Shown here piece by piece: positions 28,806-37,721 of a DNA stretch of 64,000 nt (position 1 is its first letter; each line of letters begins with the position of its first letter). Position numbers and translations under genes: made by a program. The notes beneath the pieces were generated by a model. That model saw nothing but the letters and a program-made list of their open reading frames with translations, did not search any database and had not been told where the DNA came from. The stretch lies in IMG/VR virus record IMGVR_UViG_3300036760_000327, positions 42,487 to 106,486 of that record, one strand, 5' to 3'. The DNA comes from a virus.

Positions 28806-30422
28806 TTAAGAAACTAGAGTCCTACCTTTTATAAGAAAATCTAATACAATTTTATGTATAGTTATTAATGCATTTAATTGATTAATTGATAATTTAAATT
28901 TAAAAGCTCTTCCAGGCAATGTAAAATCTAATCGTTTTTCCGCAATATCCTTATCAGCAGCAGTGGATGTAAATGTTATAGTCTTAGCTGCTGTAACGTC
29001 GTTCCAATCAGTATATACAGTAAGTGTAATCGTATATTCAGTAGCTCCGCTAGAATCTATGAATGCAGATGTTCTTAATATTCGTTTATTTCGGTCAGGA
29101 TAGCCAATATCAATCCAAGGACTAACCCAATAACTATTTATAGTGGCTCCCAAATCATTTTCACTTTCTCCAAATCTTTGAAGCTTACCATCGTAAGACC
29201 CAAATGCCAGAAAAGTATCCCCAGCGCCACCAGCTTCTCCAACTATCAGAGAATATGTTTCATATGCATTTGGAAAATCTATATACATTAAATTTGCGCC
29301 ATACAATATGCTCGACAAAGATGCTGCACTTACAGACCATTGAGTCCAATTTTTTACTGTTGGATCATAAATATATATTTTATTTTTCCGTTCGGATGAG
29401 CCCTCGGCTATGTTAAAGAAAATTTGTCCTTTCGTGTCAAAATTATCAGCTTCAAAAACGTGTATTTTGGATGAATTCATACGTTCTACCAATCGTTCGA
29501 TCTTATCAGAAATCCTATAGGGAGGACTTGTACCATCGAAGGCATAAAATCCATCCGCCCCAATAAAATATAAAACTCCATCTTTTTCACATATGGCATT
29601 TGGTCCAACGCAACCTACAGAATTATCTATCTTTTCCCAATCAAAAATTTGTGTTCCTCCCACATATTTAATGACATACGTTTTATATTTTTTAAACACG
29701 ACAATTACATTTTTTAAAAGCCACATGGCTGTAATTACATCGCCTTCTTCACTATCTAAATCCATATAATTTGCGGCTGGCCATGTATCTTGATTTAAAG
29801 CATCATTCCATACCACTCGATATCGGTATCGTATCCCGCCCACTAATACATTACCAGCAAATAAGTACGATCCCCACGCAGCAACTGTTTTTGCTCCAGA
29901 AGGATTGCCTGTTCCTAATATTGGAGCAATATAATCTCCTCCTGTATATACGGCCAGCGGAAGATTACCACCATAAGCCATTACCGCAGACCCTGCATAA
30001 GCCGTTATATCAATCATATTATCAATTGACGGCGCCCAATTACTTAAAGCAGAACCTGACGCGGATACAGAAGCAAAAGTAGCCGAACCACCGGATACGG
30101 TTACTGTAGCAATAGCAGCAGATGCGGCGCCAGAAGTACATGAAAATACTAATGTAAATTCATTTGTGGATGCGCTCTGCCATTGATATATTCTAGTAAT
30201 GGCAGAATCTTTCCATGCGGTAGAATTTAAATTCTCTCTGCCTTGCATTTTATTTAATGCACCGCGAGTATAAAAATCCATGGCATTTATATCAGTAGCC
30301 GGACAGTCGGATAAACGTACTTCTTGGCTACTAATACCTGGTTTAATATTAGCCAATCCCATACGAGTTATCGTATTTTCATCAACTAAACCTTGAGAGA
30401 ATCCTTCAATAATTAATTTCAT
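28806..30422 (-). CDS. tail nozzle / head-closure protein (P22 gp10 / T7 gp12-like)
   Basis: 538 aa beta-propeller-like pattern ('VGCVGPNAI', 'LYFIGADGFYAFDG'); podovirus synteny. Confidence 0.7.
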   Translation of the reverse strand: MKLIIEGFSQGLVDENTITRMGLANIKPGISSQEVRLSDCPATDINAMDFYTRGALNKMQGRENLNSTAWKDSAITRIYQWQSASTNEFTLVFSCTSGAASAAIATVTVSGGSATFASVSASGSALSNWAPSIDNMIDITAYAGSAVMAYGGNLPLAVYTGGDYIAPILGTGNPSGAKTVAAWGSYLFAGNVLVGGIRYRYRVVWNDALNQDTWPAANYMDLDSEEGDVITAMWLLKNVIVVFKKYKTYVIKYVGGTQIFDWEKIDNSVGCVGPNAICEKDGVLYFIGADGFYAFDGTSPPYRISDKIERLVERMNSSKIHVFEADNFDTKGQIFFNIAEGSSERKNKIYIYDPTVKNWTQWSVSAASLSSILYGANLMYIDFPNAYETYSLIVGEAGGAGDTFLAFGSYDGKLQRFGESENDLGATINSYWVSPWIDIGYPDRNKRILRTSAFIDSSGATEYTITLTVYTDWNDVTAAKTITFTSTAADKDIAEKRLDFTLPGRAFKFKLSINQLNALITIHKIVLDFLIKGRTLVS

Positions 30423-30426
30423 AAAA

Positions 30427-31923
30427 TTACAGACAATCTACTGGCAAACGATGAATAGCCAAATAAGTAAATTGAGATGCCCCATAAAGTGTATCATCTA
30501 TCATTGTTTTTGTATAAGCAATTTTAATAGTATCTCCAGCAGATAAAAATATAATTGAAAAAATACTTCCTACTTGGTAAGATGCTATTCCAGGTTCTTT
30601 AATAGGACAATAAGTAGATTGATATAAATTATTATTCTTATAAATATGGACACCAATTACAGGTCTAGCAGGATACCAACTTAATGTCATATAACACTGG
30701 CTTATATCTGCCGAGCATCCAGTTGTTCCTTGCGCTGCCGTATAACCAAATCCTTGAATTCCCGATACTCCAGCAGCCGTCCATGGCAATCCAGTAGTCG
30801 GATCGTTTGCCCATGTCTGATCATAATCTACAAAGGCAGTTGTCAATAAAGTTGTATCTCCAAAATAGTTAGTATTACTTTTGCGTAACACAGCCGCCGG
30901 TCTGGTGGTATCTTCGGAATAACAAACTTGATCACACGAGCATCCAGCAGAACCGTATACTGTAGCATTACAAGTACAACTAAAGGTATAGCATGTAAAA
31001 TTACAAGAACATGCAGAGTAGCCATAACAAGTATTATTACAAGTACAACCACCGTAACCGTCCTGTGCATAACATGTATTATTACAGGAACATGCAGAAT
31101 ATCCATAACATGTATTATAACAAGTACAACTTTCCCCGTAGCATGTATTGTTGCACGTACAACCTTCACCATAGCATGAAATATTACAAACGCATCCTCG
31201 TCGTCTGCTTCTAAATCTTACGGATACATAAGTAGCCCCAGAATCTCCTGGTAACGTTGGCAGCGCACCACTAAACGTATCTGTGCTTCCGCTGGTTTGC
31301 GTAACATTTAAATCTGTATCAATAGCTGTTGGATATTCATCAATATTTTGATAATTTTCGGCCGCGCCACTTGGCGACCATGAATATGTGCCTAATCGTC
31401 CTGTTGCGGATGTAATTCCTGTATCCGTTTGAGTTCCAGAGGCAACCATTGAAGCTTGCGCAATAACTATATAATATCCCGACGCCTTTGCCGTAAATAT
31501 TCCTGTAGCATTATCATATTCATTTAAAGTATCATAATCTTCGGTATCATAAATTAAGGTCTGAGCTGATGCGCCGGCTGTTACACTAGCGCCGCTAGAC
31601 GCGTAAGCTCGTACCCGTGACCAATAATTTGATCCTATATCATTCCAGGATGCGCCATCATATCTGCGTAATATCCCGACAGTTGTATCATATGAAAGCG
31701 CTCCAGATAGTGGGGAAGAACCCGTTAATTCGGCGGTTGTCCCTTCACCCACAATGCCTACAATTCCCAATTGATGCGCTCCTGATGTTGTATTCATTGA
31801 CAAAGGACTATAATGCTCTAATTCATACGCATCTTCAATTGCATCCAGATTGTCTTGTACAACCGCAGGTATATCTTTTATTTTATGTTCTGAATTTGGA
31901 AAAGTTTTTTGCCAACTTCCCAT
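30427..31923 (-). CDS. C1q-like virion protein carrying an inserted domain with 8 CxCxxxCY repeats
   Basis: C1q-like 'YDTLNEYDNATGIFTAKASGYYIV' and 'LSAGDTIKI...IHRL'; paralog of the two upstream ORFs; Cys-rich insert. Confidence 0.7.
   Translation of the reverse strand: MGSWQKTFPNSEHKIKDIPAVVQDNLDAIEDAYELEHYSPLSMNTTSGAHQLGIVGIVGEGTTAELTGSSPLSGALSYDTTVGILRRYDGASWNDIGSNYWSRVRAYASSGASVTAGASAQTLIYDTEDYDTLNEYDNATGIFTAKASGYYIVIAQASMVASGTQTDTGITSATGRLGTYSWSPSGAAENYQNIDEYPTAIDTDLNVTQTSGSTDTFSGALPTLPGDSGATYVSVRFRSRRRGCVCNISCYGEGCTCNNTCYGESCTCYNTCYGYSACSCNNTCYAQDGYGGCTCNNTCYGYSACSCNFTCYTFSCTCNATVYGSAGCSCDQVCYSEDTTRPAAVLRKSNTNYFGDTTLLTTAFVDYDQTWANDPTTGLPWTAAGVSGIQGFGYTAAQGTTGCSADISQCYMTLSWYPARPVIGVHIYKNNNLYQSTYCPIKEPGIASYQVGSIFSIIFLSAGDTIKIAYTKTMIDDTLYGASQFTYLAIHRLPVDCL
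30919..31194 (-). repeat. 8 tandem Cys-rich peptide repeats C-x-C-x-x-x-C-Y (23 Cys)
   Basis: CVCNISCY, CTCNNTCY, CTCYNTCY, CSCNNTCY, CTCNNTCY, CSCNFTCY, CTCNATVY, CSCDQVCY. Confidence 0.95.
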
Positions 31924-31931
31924 ATATTTCC

Positions 31932-32651
31932 TTACGACAGGCGATAAATGTGAATAAAATTTCTATCGCTGCCGCCTTCTAAGACAATACTTGTAGTTCT
32001 ATTATGCCAAACCCAAGTTTTAATTTTATCCCCAGCCGACAAAGAGAATAAAACCGTGGTGCCTGTTGAAATCTCATCTGCTGATAATGTATATTTTAAA
32101 TATGTACTATTATTAATTAATGCATCACTTGAATTATATTGCGCTATTTGTACTCCTATTTCAATTCCTCCAATAGCCGTAAAACTTGCCACTAGTCTAA
32201 CATAGTAAAATCCAGCGGTTTTAGCAACAAAAACATAAGATGAAGCATCGTATTCACTTAATGTATCAAATTGTTCTGTATCAAAGGGTATAACTGCCGT
32301 AGTTCCGGTTGTGACTAAATAATCAGTATTTCGATACGCGCTTACTTGACTATGCGCCAATAAATTAATCTGCTGCCAAGTACTGCCATCATATACTTTA
32401 TGCATTCCTAAAGTCGTATCTTGATATAACGCTCCCGTGGCGGGTAGTGTTACTGCCGTTATAGCTGATGTTGCTGCTGATCCCATTGCTGGAGTTATAC
32501 CAGGTTTATGTCTGCCAGAGAGTACATCAGTAAAAGTATAATGTTCTACGCCTAGAATATTCTCTATTGCGTTCCAATTATCGCCATATATTGTAGGAAT
32601 ATCTACAATATAAGATCCAGTAACTGGGACTGTCTTTGACCAACCACCCAT
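31932..32651 (-). CDS. C1q-like domain virion protein
   Basis: 'IPFDTEQFDTLSEYDASSYVFVAKTAGFYYV', 'LSAGDKIK', 'IYRLS'. Confidence 0.7.
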   Translation of the reverse strand: MGGWSKTVPVTGSYIVDIPTIYGDNWNAIENILGVEHYTFTDVLSGRHKPGITPAMGSAATSAITAVTLPATGALYQDTTLGMHKVYDGSTWQQINLLAHSQVSAYRNTDYLVTTGTTAVIPFDTEQFDTLSEYDASSYVFVAKTAGFYYVRLVASFTAIGGIEIGVQIAQYNSSDALINNSTYLKYTLSADEISTGTTVLFSLSAGDKIKTWVWHNRTTSIVLEGGSDRNFIHIYRLS

Positions 32652-32653
32652 TC

Positions 32654-33367
32654 CTAGCTTAACCTCATGATATGGATATTCCCGCCCACAATATCAACTG
32701 AAGATGTGTGTTCATGATAACATGCTAATACTATATAATCTCCAGCAGCTAAGGATAAAATATCATTGACTTCAGTAGTAACTATTGACGCACCATGAAG
32801 AACAGATTTCGTAGTTAAAACACCGTTTTTGCCAATACCAACACCTTTTGTATAATTATCAGTCGTTACGGGAAATTTCGCCGCGCCTTTAACAAAATAT
32901 GTCCCAGCCTGTGTGGCCGTAAATCGAAATGTAGTTGCATTCCATTCTCCAAGTGTGTCATAAGTGCCTGAAACAGTTGCCGAAGAGGCGCTCATAGTAG
33001 TCCATGCTGTCGTAGGAATAGTTTGGGTTCCAAATCCCTGTCGGATTCTAGAATATTTATTACTAGTTAACCGCACCCAACTAGTTCCGTTATACCGCAA
33101 AAGCTGGCCATTAGTTGTATCATATCCTATTGCTCCAGTGCCTGGCGATGTTAAAGCTGTAATGGCAGAATTAGCCGCGGTTATAAGAACTCCAAACTTG
33201 CCAAAAGTATGAGTGCCACTACCACCACTAGTAAAAGTACTATGCTCTACGTTCCACCAATCTTCTAGAGCCTCCCAATTATCCCTAACATTTTCGGTAG
33301 GATCTGTATGAGCAGAGCCACTTACTGAAGTGCTTGCTAAAGGAAAAAGCTTATTCCATCCCGACAT
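32654..33367 (-). CDS. C1q-like domain virion protein
   Basis: 'YDTLGEWNATTFRFTATQAGTYFV', 'LAAGDYIV', 'IMRLS'. Confidence 0.7.
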   Translation of the reverse strand: MSGWNKLFPLASTSVSGSAHTDPTENVRDNWEALEDWWNVEHSTFTSGGSGTHTFGKFGVLITAANSAITALTSPGTGAIGYDTTNGQLLRYNGTSWVRLTSNKYSRIRQGFGTQTIPTTAWTTMSASSATVSGTYDTLGEWNATTFRFTATQAGTYFVKGAAKFPVTTDNYTKGVGIGKNGVLTTKSVLHGASIVTTEVNDILSLAAGDYIVLACYHEHTSSVDIVGGNIHIMRLS

Positions 33368-34334
33368 ATCTATCCTTAATTTTTATTAACTTAGGAAATA
33401 ACTTTTTAAATTCATTACAAAATGGAGTTTTTTTATCGTATGTACCATATGCTAACTTACGCGTGTAAGGACAACCAGCCTGGCAAAGAGTGATCCACTC
33501 GCAACCTTGACATTCAAGAATATTTTTTGCACTCCAACGTTGGTGCATCTTTAATTCTTTCCAGTGTTTGTGTGTATAAATTGAACCTATTTTTGTATCT
33601 AAATCTGCATTGCAACTTCTTAATGTTCCATCTGGATCAATAACAGCAAGCCATTTACCACAACTGTAACAATTTTTAGGACTCTGCCATGTTGGATAGG
33701 TTGACTCGATGATCCAGTTCGGCCACATTGGTTTTGGTGCTGTAAGTATTAAATCTAAAACTTTATCCATTTGCCTTCCATATTCTTTAACATATTCAGG
33801 ATCTTTTCCTCCATTATATAAACGATTTATCCGAATATGTCCATTATGTTTAATAATTAATTTTGTAAGATCTACAATACGAGGCAGATTCATTTCATCC
33901 AGAACTACTGCCAAACTACATCCGTGACAAAAGTACTTAATATATTCGATCTTTTTTTCTACAATATCCAAATTATCATAAGTAGGATTTAACATGATAT
34001 AAATCTGATGCTTTTTGCATTCCTTAAGGACATCCTCTGACAAATAATCTCCGTTAGTAAATACTAAAAATTGCCCATCTAGATATGCTTTAACATGTTC
34101 AGGCAACCTTGCCTGCAATGCATTGATAAAAAAGAAAACAGTATCAATGGCTATAAATGGTTCACCTCCTAAGAAATTAACTCTTAGGGATTTAACGTTT
34201 TCCTCTTTACATATATCCACTATCCAGTTCGCACTATCCAGCGCAACTTGAGGAGACATCGCGCTTTCACCGTGTGGCCAATAACAATATGGACACACAC
34301 GATTACAATTATTTGTAATATAAACAAAAATCAT
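33351..34334 (-). CDS. radical SAM enzyme with SPASM domain (rSAM-2)
   Basis: 'CNRVCPYC', 'FLGGEP', 'TNG'; SPASM Cys set 'CGK...GTLRSC...CQGCEWITLCQAGCP...C'. Confidence 0.9.
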   Translation of the reverse strand: MIFVYITNNCNRVCPYCYWPHGESAMSPQVALDSANWIVDICKEENVKSLRVNFLGGEPFIAIDTVFFFINALQARLPEHVKAYLDGQFLVFTNGDYLSEDVLKECKKHQIYIMLNPTYDNLDIVEKKIEYIKYFCHGCSLAVVLDEMNLPRIVDLTKLIIKHNGHIRINRLYNGGKDPEYVKEYGRQMDKVLDLILTAPKPMWPNWIIESTYPTWQSPKNCYSCGKWLAVIDPDGTLRSCNADLDTKIGSIYTHKHWKELKMHQRWSAKNILECQGCEWITLCQAGCPYTRKLAYGTYDKKTPFCNEFKKLFPKLIKIKDRYVGME

Positions 34335-35035
34335 TAAAGCGTCGATTGAAAATCCCTCACTTGCTGTGCGGCCTTATTCATCTCTGACAGCCACTGTTCA
34401 ATCTTATTTTCAGAACGACCAGGAACAGCCATCATATATTTTTTTAAATCCATATTTTTATATATATCGCCATTTATTTCGATTAAAATATAAGGATAAC
34501 TCAAAACATTAAACCTTTTTTTAATTAGAATATATTTTTGGACATTTATCCCGTCGCTTTCAAATCTTGGACTAGCGCATGTAAGCATATCTCTATTGAT
34601 TGCGTCCATAAAAAATTCTGAGTTATTTTTAACCGGCACATAACAATATAAATTATTACCCATGCCAGACATAAAAATAATATGTAATAGATCAGCTATC
34701 GCATATCTAGAATATTTTGTATGAATATACTCTTTCCGCACTAATTTAAAATAATAAAAATCGTTATTAGAATAACCATCGGGATTGTCTAAAAATTCCA
34801 TAAGTACGATACTACAAATATTAGAATCATTCTTTTTTACTCTAACACAATATTGCCTGCTCATTCTTTTACCCTTAGGAATATATCCCCCAATTTTATT
34901 AAGAACTATTTGGCACGGGTCATGTTCAAAATAATATTTGACTTTATTACTTTCTTTTTCAGGAATATCGTGTATATCTATATAATGAACTCCTGTCATA
35001 TAACATCCACCAGGAGGTAATAACCTATCATACAT
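34334..35035 (-). CDS. hypothetical protein of the rSAM module (possible degenerate GNAT fold)
   Basis: Translationally coupled on both sides; 'LVRKEYIHTKYSRYAIADLL' loosely resembles GNAT motif A. Confidence 0.45.
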   Translation of the reverse strand: MYDRLLPPGGCYMTGVHYIDIHDIPEKESNKVKYYFEHDPCQIVLNKIGGYIPKGKRMSRQYCVRVKKNDSNICSIVLMEFLDNPDGYSNNDFYYFKLVRKEYIHTKYSRYAIADLLHIIFMSGMGNNLYCYVPVKNNSEFFMDAINRDMLTCASPRFESDGINVQKYILIKKRFNVLSYPYILIEINGDIYKNMDLKKYMMAVPGRSENKIEQWLSEMNKAAQQVRDFQSTL

Positions 35036-35663
35036 AAAATTTATATTTCCTGCATGTTCCTAGATCTATAATTTGATTTGGTATAGGCATATTTGAATCC
35101 GTATAATTAACTGGCAATATTTGATATATTTCTTTCTTATTTAAGTAATTAAAACAAAAGGTTAAAAATTCTTTACTGCATTCTTGCATAATATTATCAT
35201 TTCTTAGAGTTACTGGGCGATACCACAAAGCCTTGTCTCGATAATGAAATAAAATTTCCTTTGAAACCGCCTGCCCATCATAAATAATATACCAAGAATC
35301 TGCTGCATCATAAACAACATCATCAACTAAAAAAGATAACAAATAATCCGTAGACGCGTGATCTTCTTTAAAATCCATTCTAGTTTGTCTGCTGGCCGCT
35401 ACAAAACTCAATATCTCTATGTTCCCGTTTTTATATCTTATATTTGGAACTTCCGTATCTATTGTAATTTGACCCGAAACATATCTTTTAATCATATCCT
35501 CAATAGAATAATTATCTAGAGATAAGGCAGTATATTTATTAACTAATTCAATCCAAGGAGTAATTGTAATTAAACTAATATTATCTTCTTCCAATGCAGG
35601 AATAGGATAATTAATATTTTTTCTTAGACGTAACGAATTAGCAAATGGATAAAGTCTTGGCAT
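35028..35663 (-). CDS. hypothetical protein of the rSAM module
   Basis: 211-aa ORF overlapping the next gene. Confidence 0.5.
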   Translation of the reverse strand: MPRLYPFANSLRLRKNINYPIPALEEDNISLITITPWIELVNKYTALSLDNYSIEDMIKRYVSGQITIDTEVPNIRYKNGNIEILSFVAASRQTRMDFKEDHASTDYLLSFLVDDVVYDAADSWYIIYDGQAVSKEILFHYRDKALWYRPVTLRNDNIMQECSKEFLTFCFNYLNKKEIYQILPVNYTDSNMPIPNQIIDLGTCRKYKFYV

Positions 35664-35668
35664 AATTT

Positions 35669-36463
35669 TTAATTATAATAATCAACCTCTTCAACAATTG
35701 ATGTTCCACGATCTGTCAAAAACTCGAATAGTACCATTTCCAGTCGTCCTGGTACCATTCCTCCTTCATATACTGCAACAGCTTTTATATTCCAAGGTTT
35801 ACTACTATAAGCACTATTTAACTCGGCTATCAAATCATGATTTTTACCAGGTTTAAAATAAGGTTTTGCGCCATCTATAACAGAACGTAACCGATTAATA
35901 TGTGCATTACAAAAAGATGGCAAATAATCAAGAGAACCTTGTTCTTTAATTTTATTCTCTTTATTTTTAATTATTTTAGAATAAATTTTTACTTCCGGAC
36001 CGCCGATCAATTTCCGAACTGAATTTTGAAAGAACGATACTAATTCTGGACCTCTTACATATACATCGCTTCTGGAAATGGTTGAATGTGTAAAAGCAAA
36101 TAATCCCATTAAAAGTACGGTAGCTCTCCATTTATATTCGTCTAAAAGTAAGGCATCATTATAAAGCGACACTAGAGCACTAGCCTTTTTGTACATAGCC
36201 GCTCTTTGTGGTTCTGGAATTGGTTGAACATTTACTTCTTCCATTGGAACATTTATTTTATTAATATCCTTATACATTTTTGGCGATACTGGTTGAGGAA
36301 TAAACGGGCCCCCATGCGTGAGGTGTTGCCTCCAATTTCTTGCATCCTTAATAACTTTAATAATTGGATTGCCTGGAAATTCCTTAGCAAAATTAATTAC
36401 TTGTAAATGTCCATTATGTAATCCTGATACATGATCTGCTATAGGTATTATTACTCTGCTCAT
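35669..36463 (-). CDS. HIGH-motif nucleotidyltransferase-superfamily protein (PanC-like N-terminus)
   Basis: N-terminal beta strand followed by 'SGLHNGHLQVINFA' (HxGH). Confidence 0.55.
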   Translation of the reverse strand: MSRVIIPIADHVSGLHNGHLQVINFAKEFPGNPIIKVIKDARNWRQHLTHGGPFIPQPVSPKMYKDINKINVPMEEVNVQPIPEPQRAAMYKKASALVSLYNDALLLDEYKWRATVLLMGLFAFTHSTISRSDVYVRGPELVSFFQNSVRKLIGGPEVKIYSKIIKNKENKIKEQGSLDYLPSFCNAHINRLRSVIDGAKPYFKPGKNHDLIAELNSAYSSKPWNIKAVAVYEGGMVPGRLEMVLFEFLTDRGTSIVEEVDYYN

Positions 36464-37710
36464 TTAATTTTTTTCTCTAATACAGCGATCCTATTATTCA
36501 AATCTGATACCAATAAAGCTAAAGTTTCTACAGTTATTTGAGGATGATTAGTTGGCCCAGTATAATTTGCATTATAACAATCACAACTAAATCTTTCGCC
36601 TTGATATGGCATGCAACTTACATCCTTTGTATTTTCCACCATTCTCTCTTTATAATATTGGGATACTCTTTTTTGCATCTCAACATATCTACATACCTGA
36701 AAATAAGGTTTAGTAATATCTTTATTAAAATCCCAGTTTACCATATAGCACCCGCCCCAGCACGGACTTGTTCCCCAGCATCCCTTACCTTTACATTCAG
36801 GCTCAAAATTAATAAATTTCTCCCGAATTTCTGGTTTAGTAATCCCTTGGTCAATATGTCCTAAACATAATTCTTGTTCTATAAAAGGTCGATTATCATT
36901 AAATTTTTCGGCACGATGACAACTAAAAATATATCCCTCATGATTAATATGACAATAATTACGACCACTTCCGCAGGGCCAGCGGCTATTATCTGGACCA
37001 ATATAGGATTTAAAATGTTCTATTTCAACCTTTCTTCCTTTTAATTTAAGTTCTGCCATATAATCTACAACTTGTTTACATTGATTTTCCCATATATTCC
37101 ATTTTTCTTCTGTCCAATTTGATTCGTAGACAGGCGAAAACATTAAATAATTACATCCAAGATCAAAAATATATTTACAATCTTCATAAAAATGATCTAT
37201 TCTTTCAGCAAAAGGAGACATCCGTACTCTATAAAAGGGCCACTTGTTTAATATTTGCTTTAAATTTTTTTCTACAATTGCATGAGATCCAAAACCTTGT
37301 TTTGTCTTTCTATGATAATCATGTGTTTCTTTTGTCCCGTCAAAACTGATCATAAAAAATATTTTATGTTCGTCTAAGAAAGAAAAACGCTCTGGAACTA
37401 ACAAAGTTCCATTAGTTGTGCCTCCAAATTGAATAGGAATAGCTGTTCTTTTCGACATGTCTTCTGCATATAGTGTAATATCTTTTAATAAATCCCACTT
37501 TAATAAAGGCTCGCCCCCCCAAAAAGAAATTTCAACTTGTCGTTCATTTTCATCCGCCAATAAAGCATTAGTAAATAACCATTCTATTGCTTTAAACGCT
37601 ATTTCTTTGGACATATCCCCTTCTGTGCAACCATAAGTAAAGCACGGATAAGTACACCTAAGATTACACGAACGAGTTAAATTAAAAGAAGCCCGAGTTA
37701 AATTATACAT
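36460..37710 (-). CDS. radical SAM enzyme with SPASM domain (rSAM-1)
   Basis: 'CNLRCTYPC' (CX3CX3C), 'FWGGEPLL', 'TTNGTLL', 'ISFDG'; SPASM 'CGSG...GYIFSC...CKGKGCWGTSPCWGGC...C'. Confidence 0.9.
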   Translation of the reverse strand: MYNLTRASFNLTRSCNLRCTYPCFTYGCTEGDMSKEIAFKAIEWLFTNALLADENERQVEISFWGGEPLLKWDLLKDITLYAEDMSKRTAIPIQFGGTTNGTLLVPERFSFLDEHKIFFMISFDGTKETHDYHRKTKQGFGSHAIVEKNLKQILNKWPFYRVRMSPFAERIDHFYEDCKYIFDLGCNYLMFSPVYESNWTEEKWNIWENQCKQVVDYMAELKLKGRKVEIEHFKSYIGPDNSRWPCGSGRNYCHINHEGYIFSCHRAEKFNDNRPFIEQELCLGHIDQGITKPEIREKFINFEPECKGKGCWGTSPCWGGCYMVNWDFNKDITKPYFQVCRYVEMQKRVSQYYKERMVENTKDVSCMPYQGERFSCDCYNANYTGPTNHPQITVETLALLVSDLNNRIAVLEKKIK

Positions 37711-37721
37711 CTTGTACCTTT

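Noticed and set aside
30919-31194. Cys-repeat DNA as a CRISPR array or DGR template/variable repeat
   Set aside because: Repeats are degenerate, codon-phased and lack unique spacers; no reverse transcriptase or cas gene in the window
30843-31214. Alternative-frame ORFs over the Cys repeat (30843-31172 minus; 30928-31179 and 31011-31214 plus)
   Set aside because: Shadow ORFs produced by the repetitive sequence; no RBS, and the main frame is continuous with the C1q-like protein
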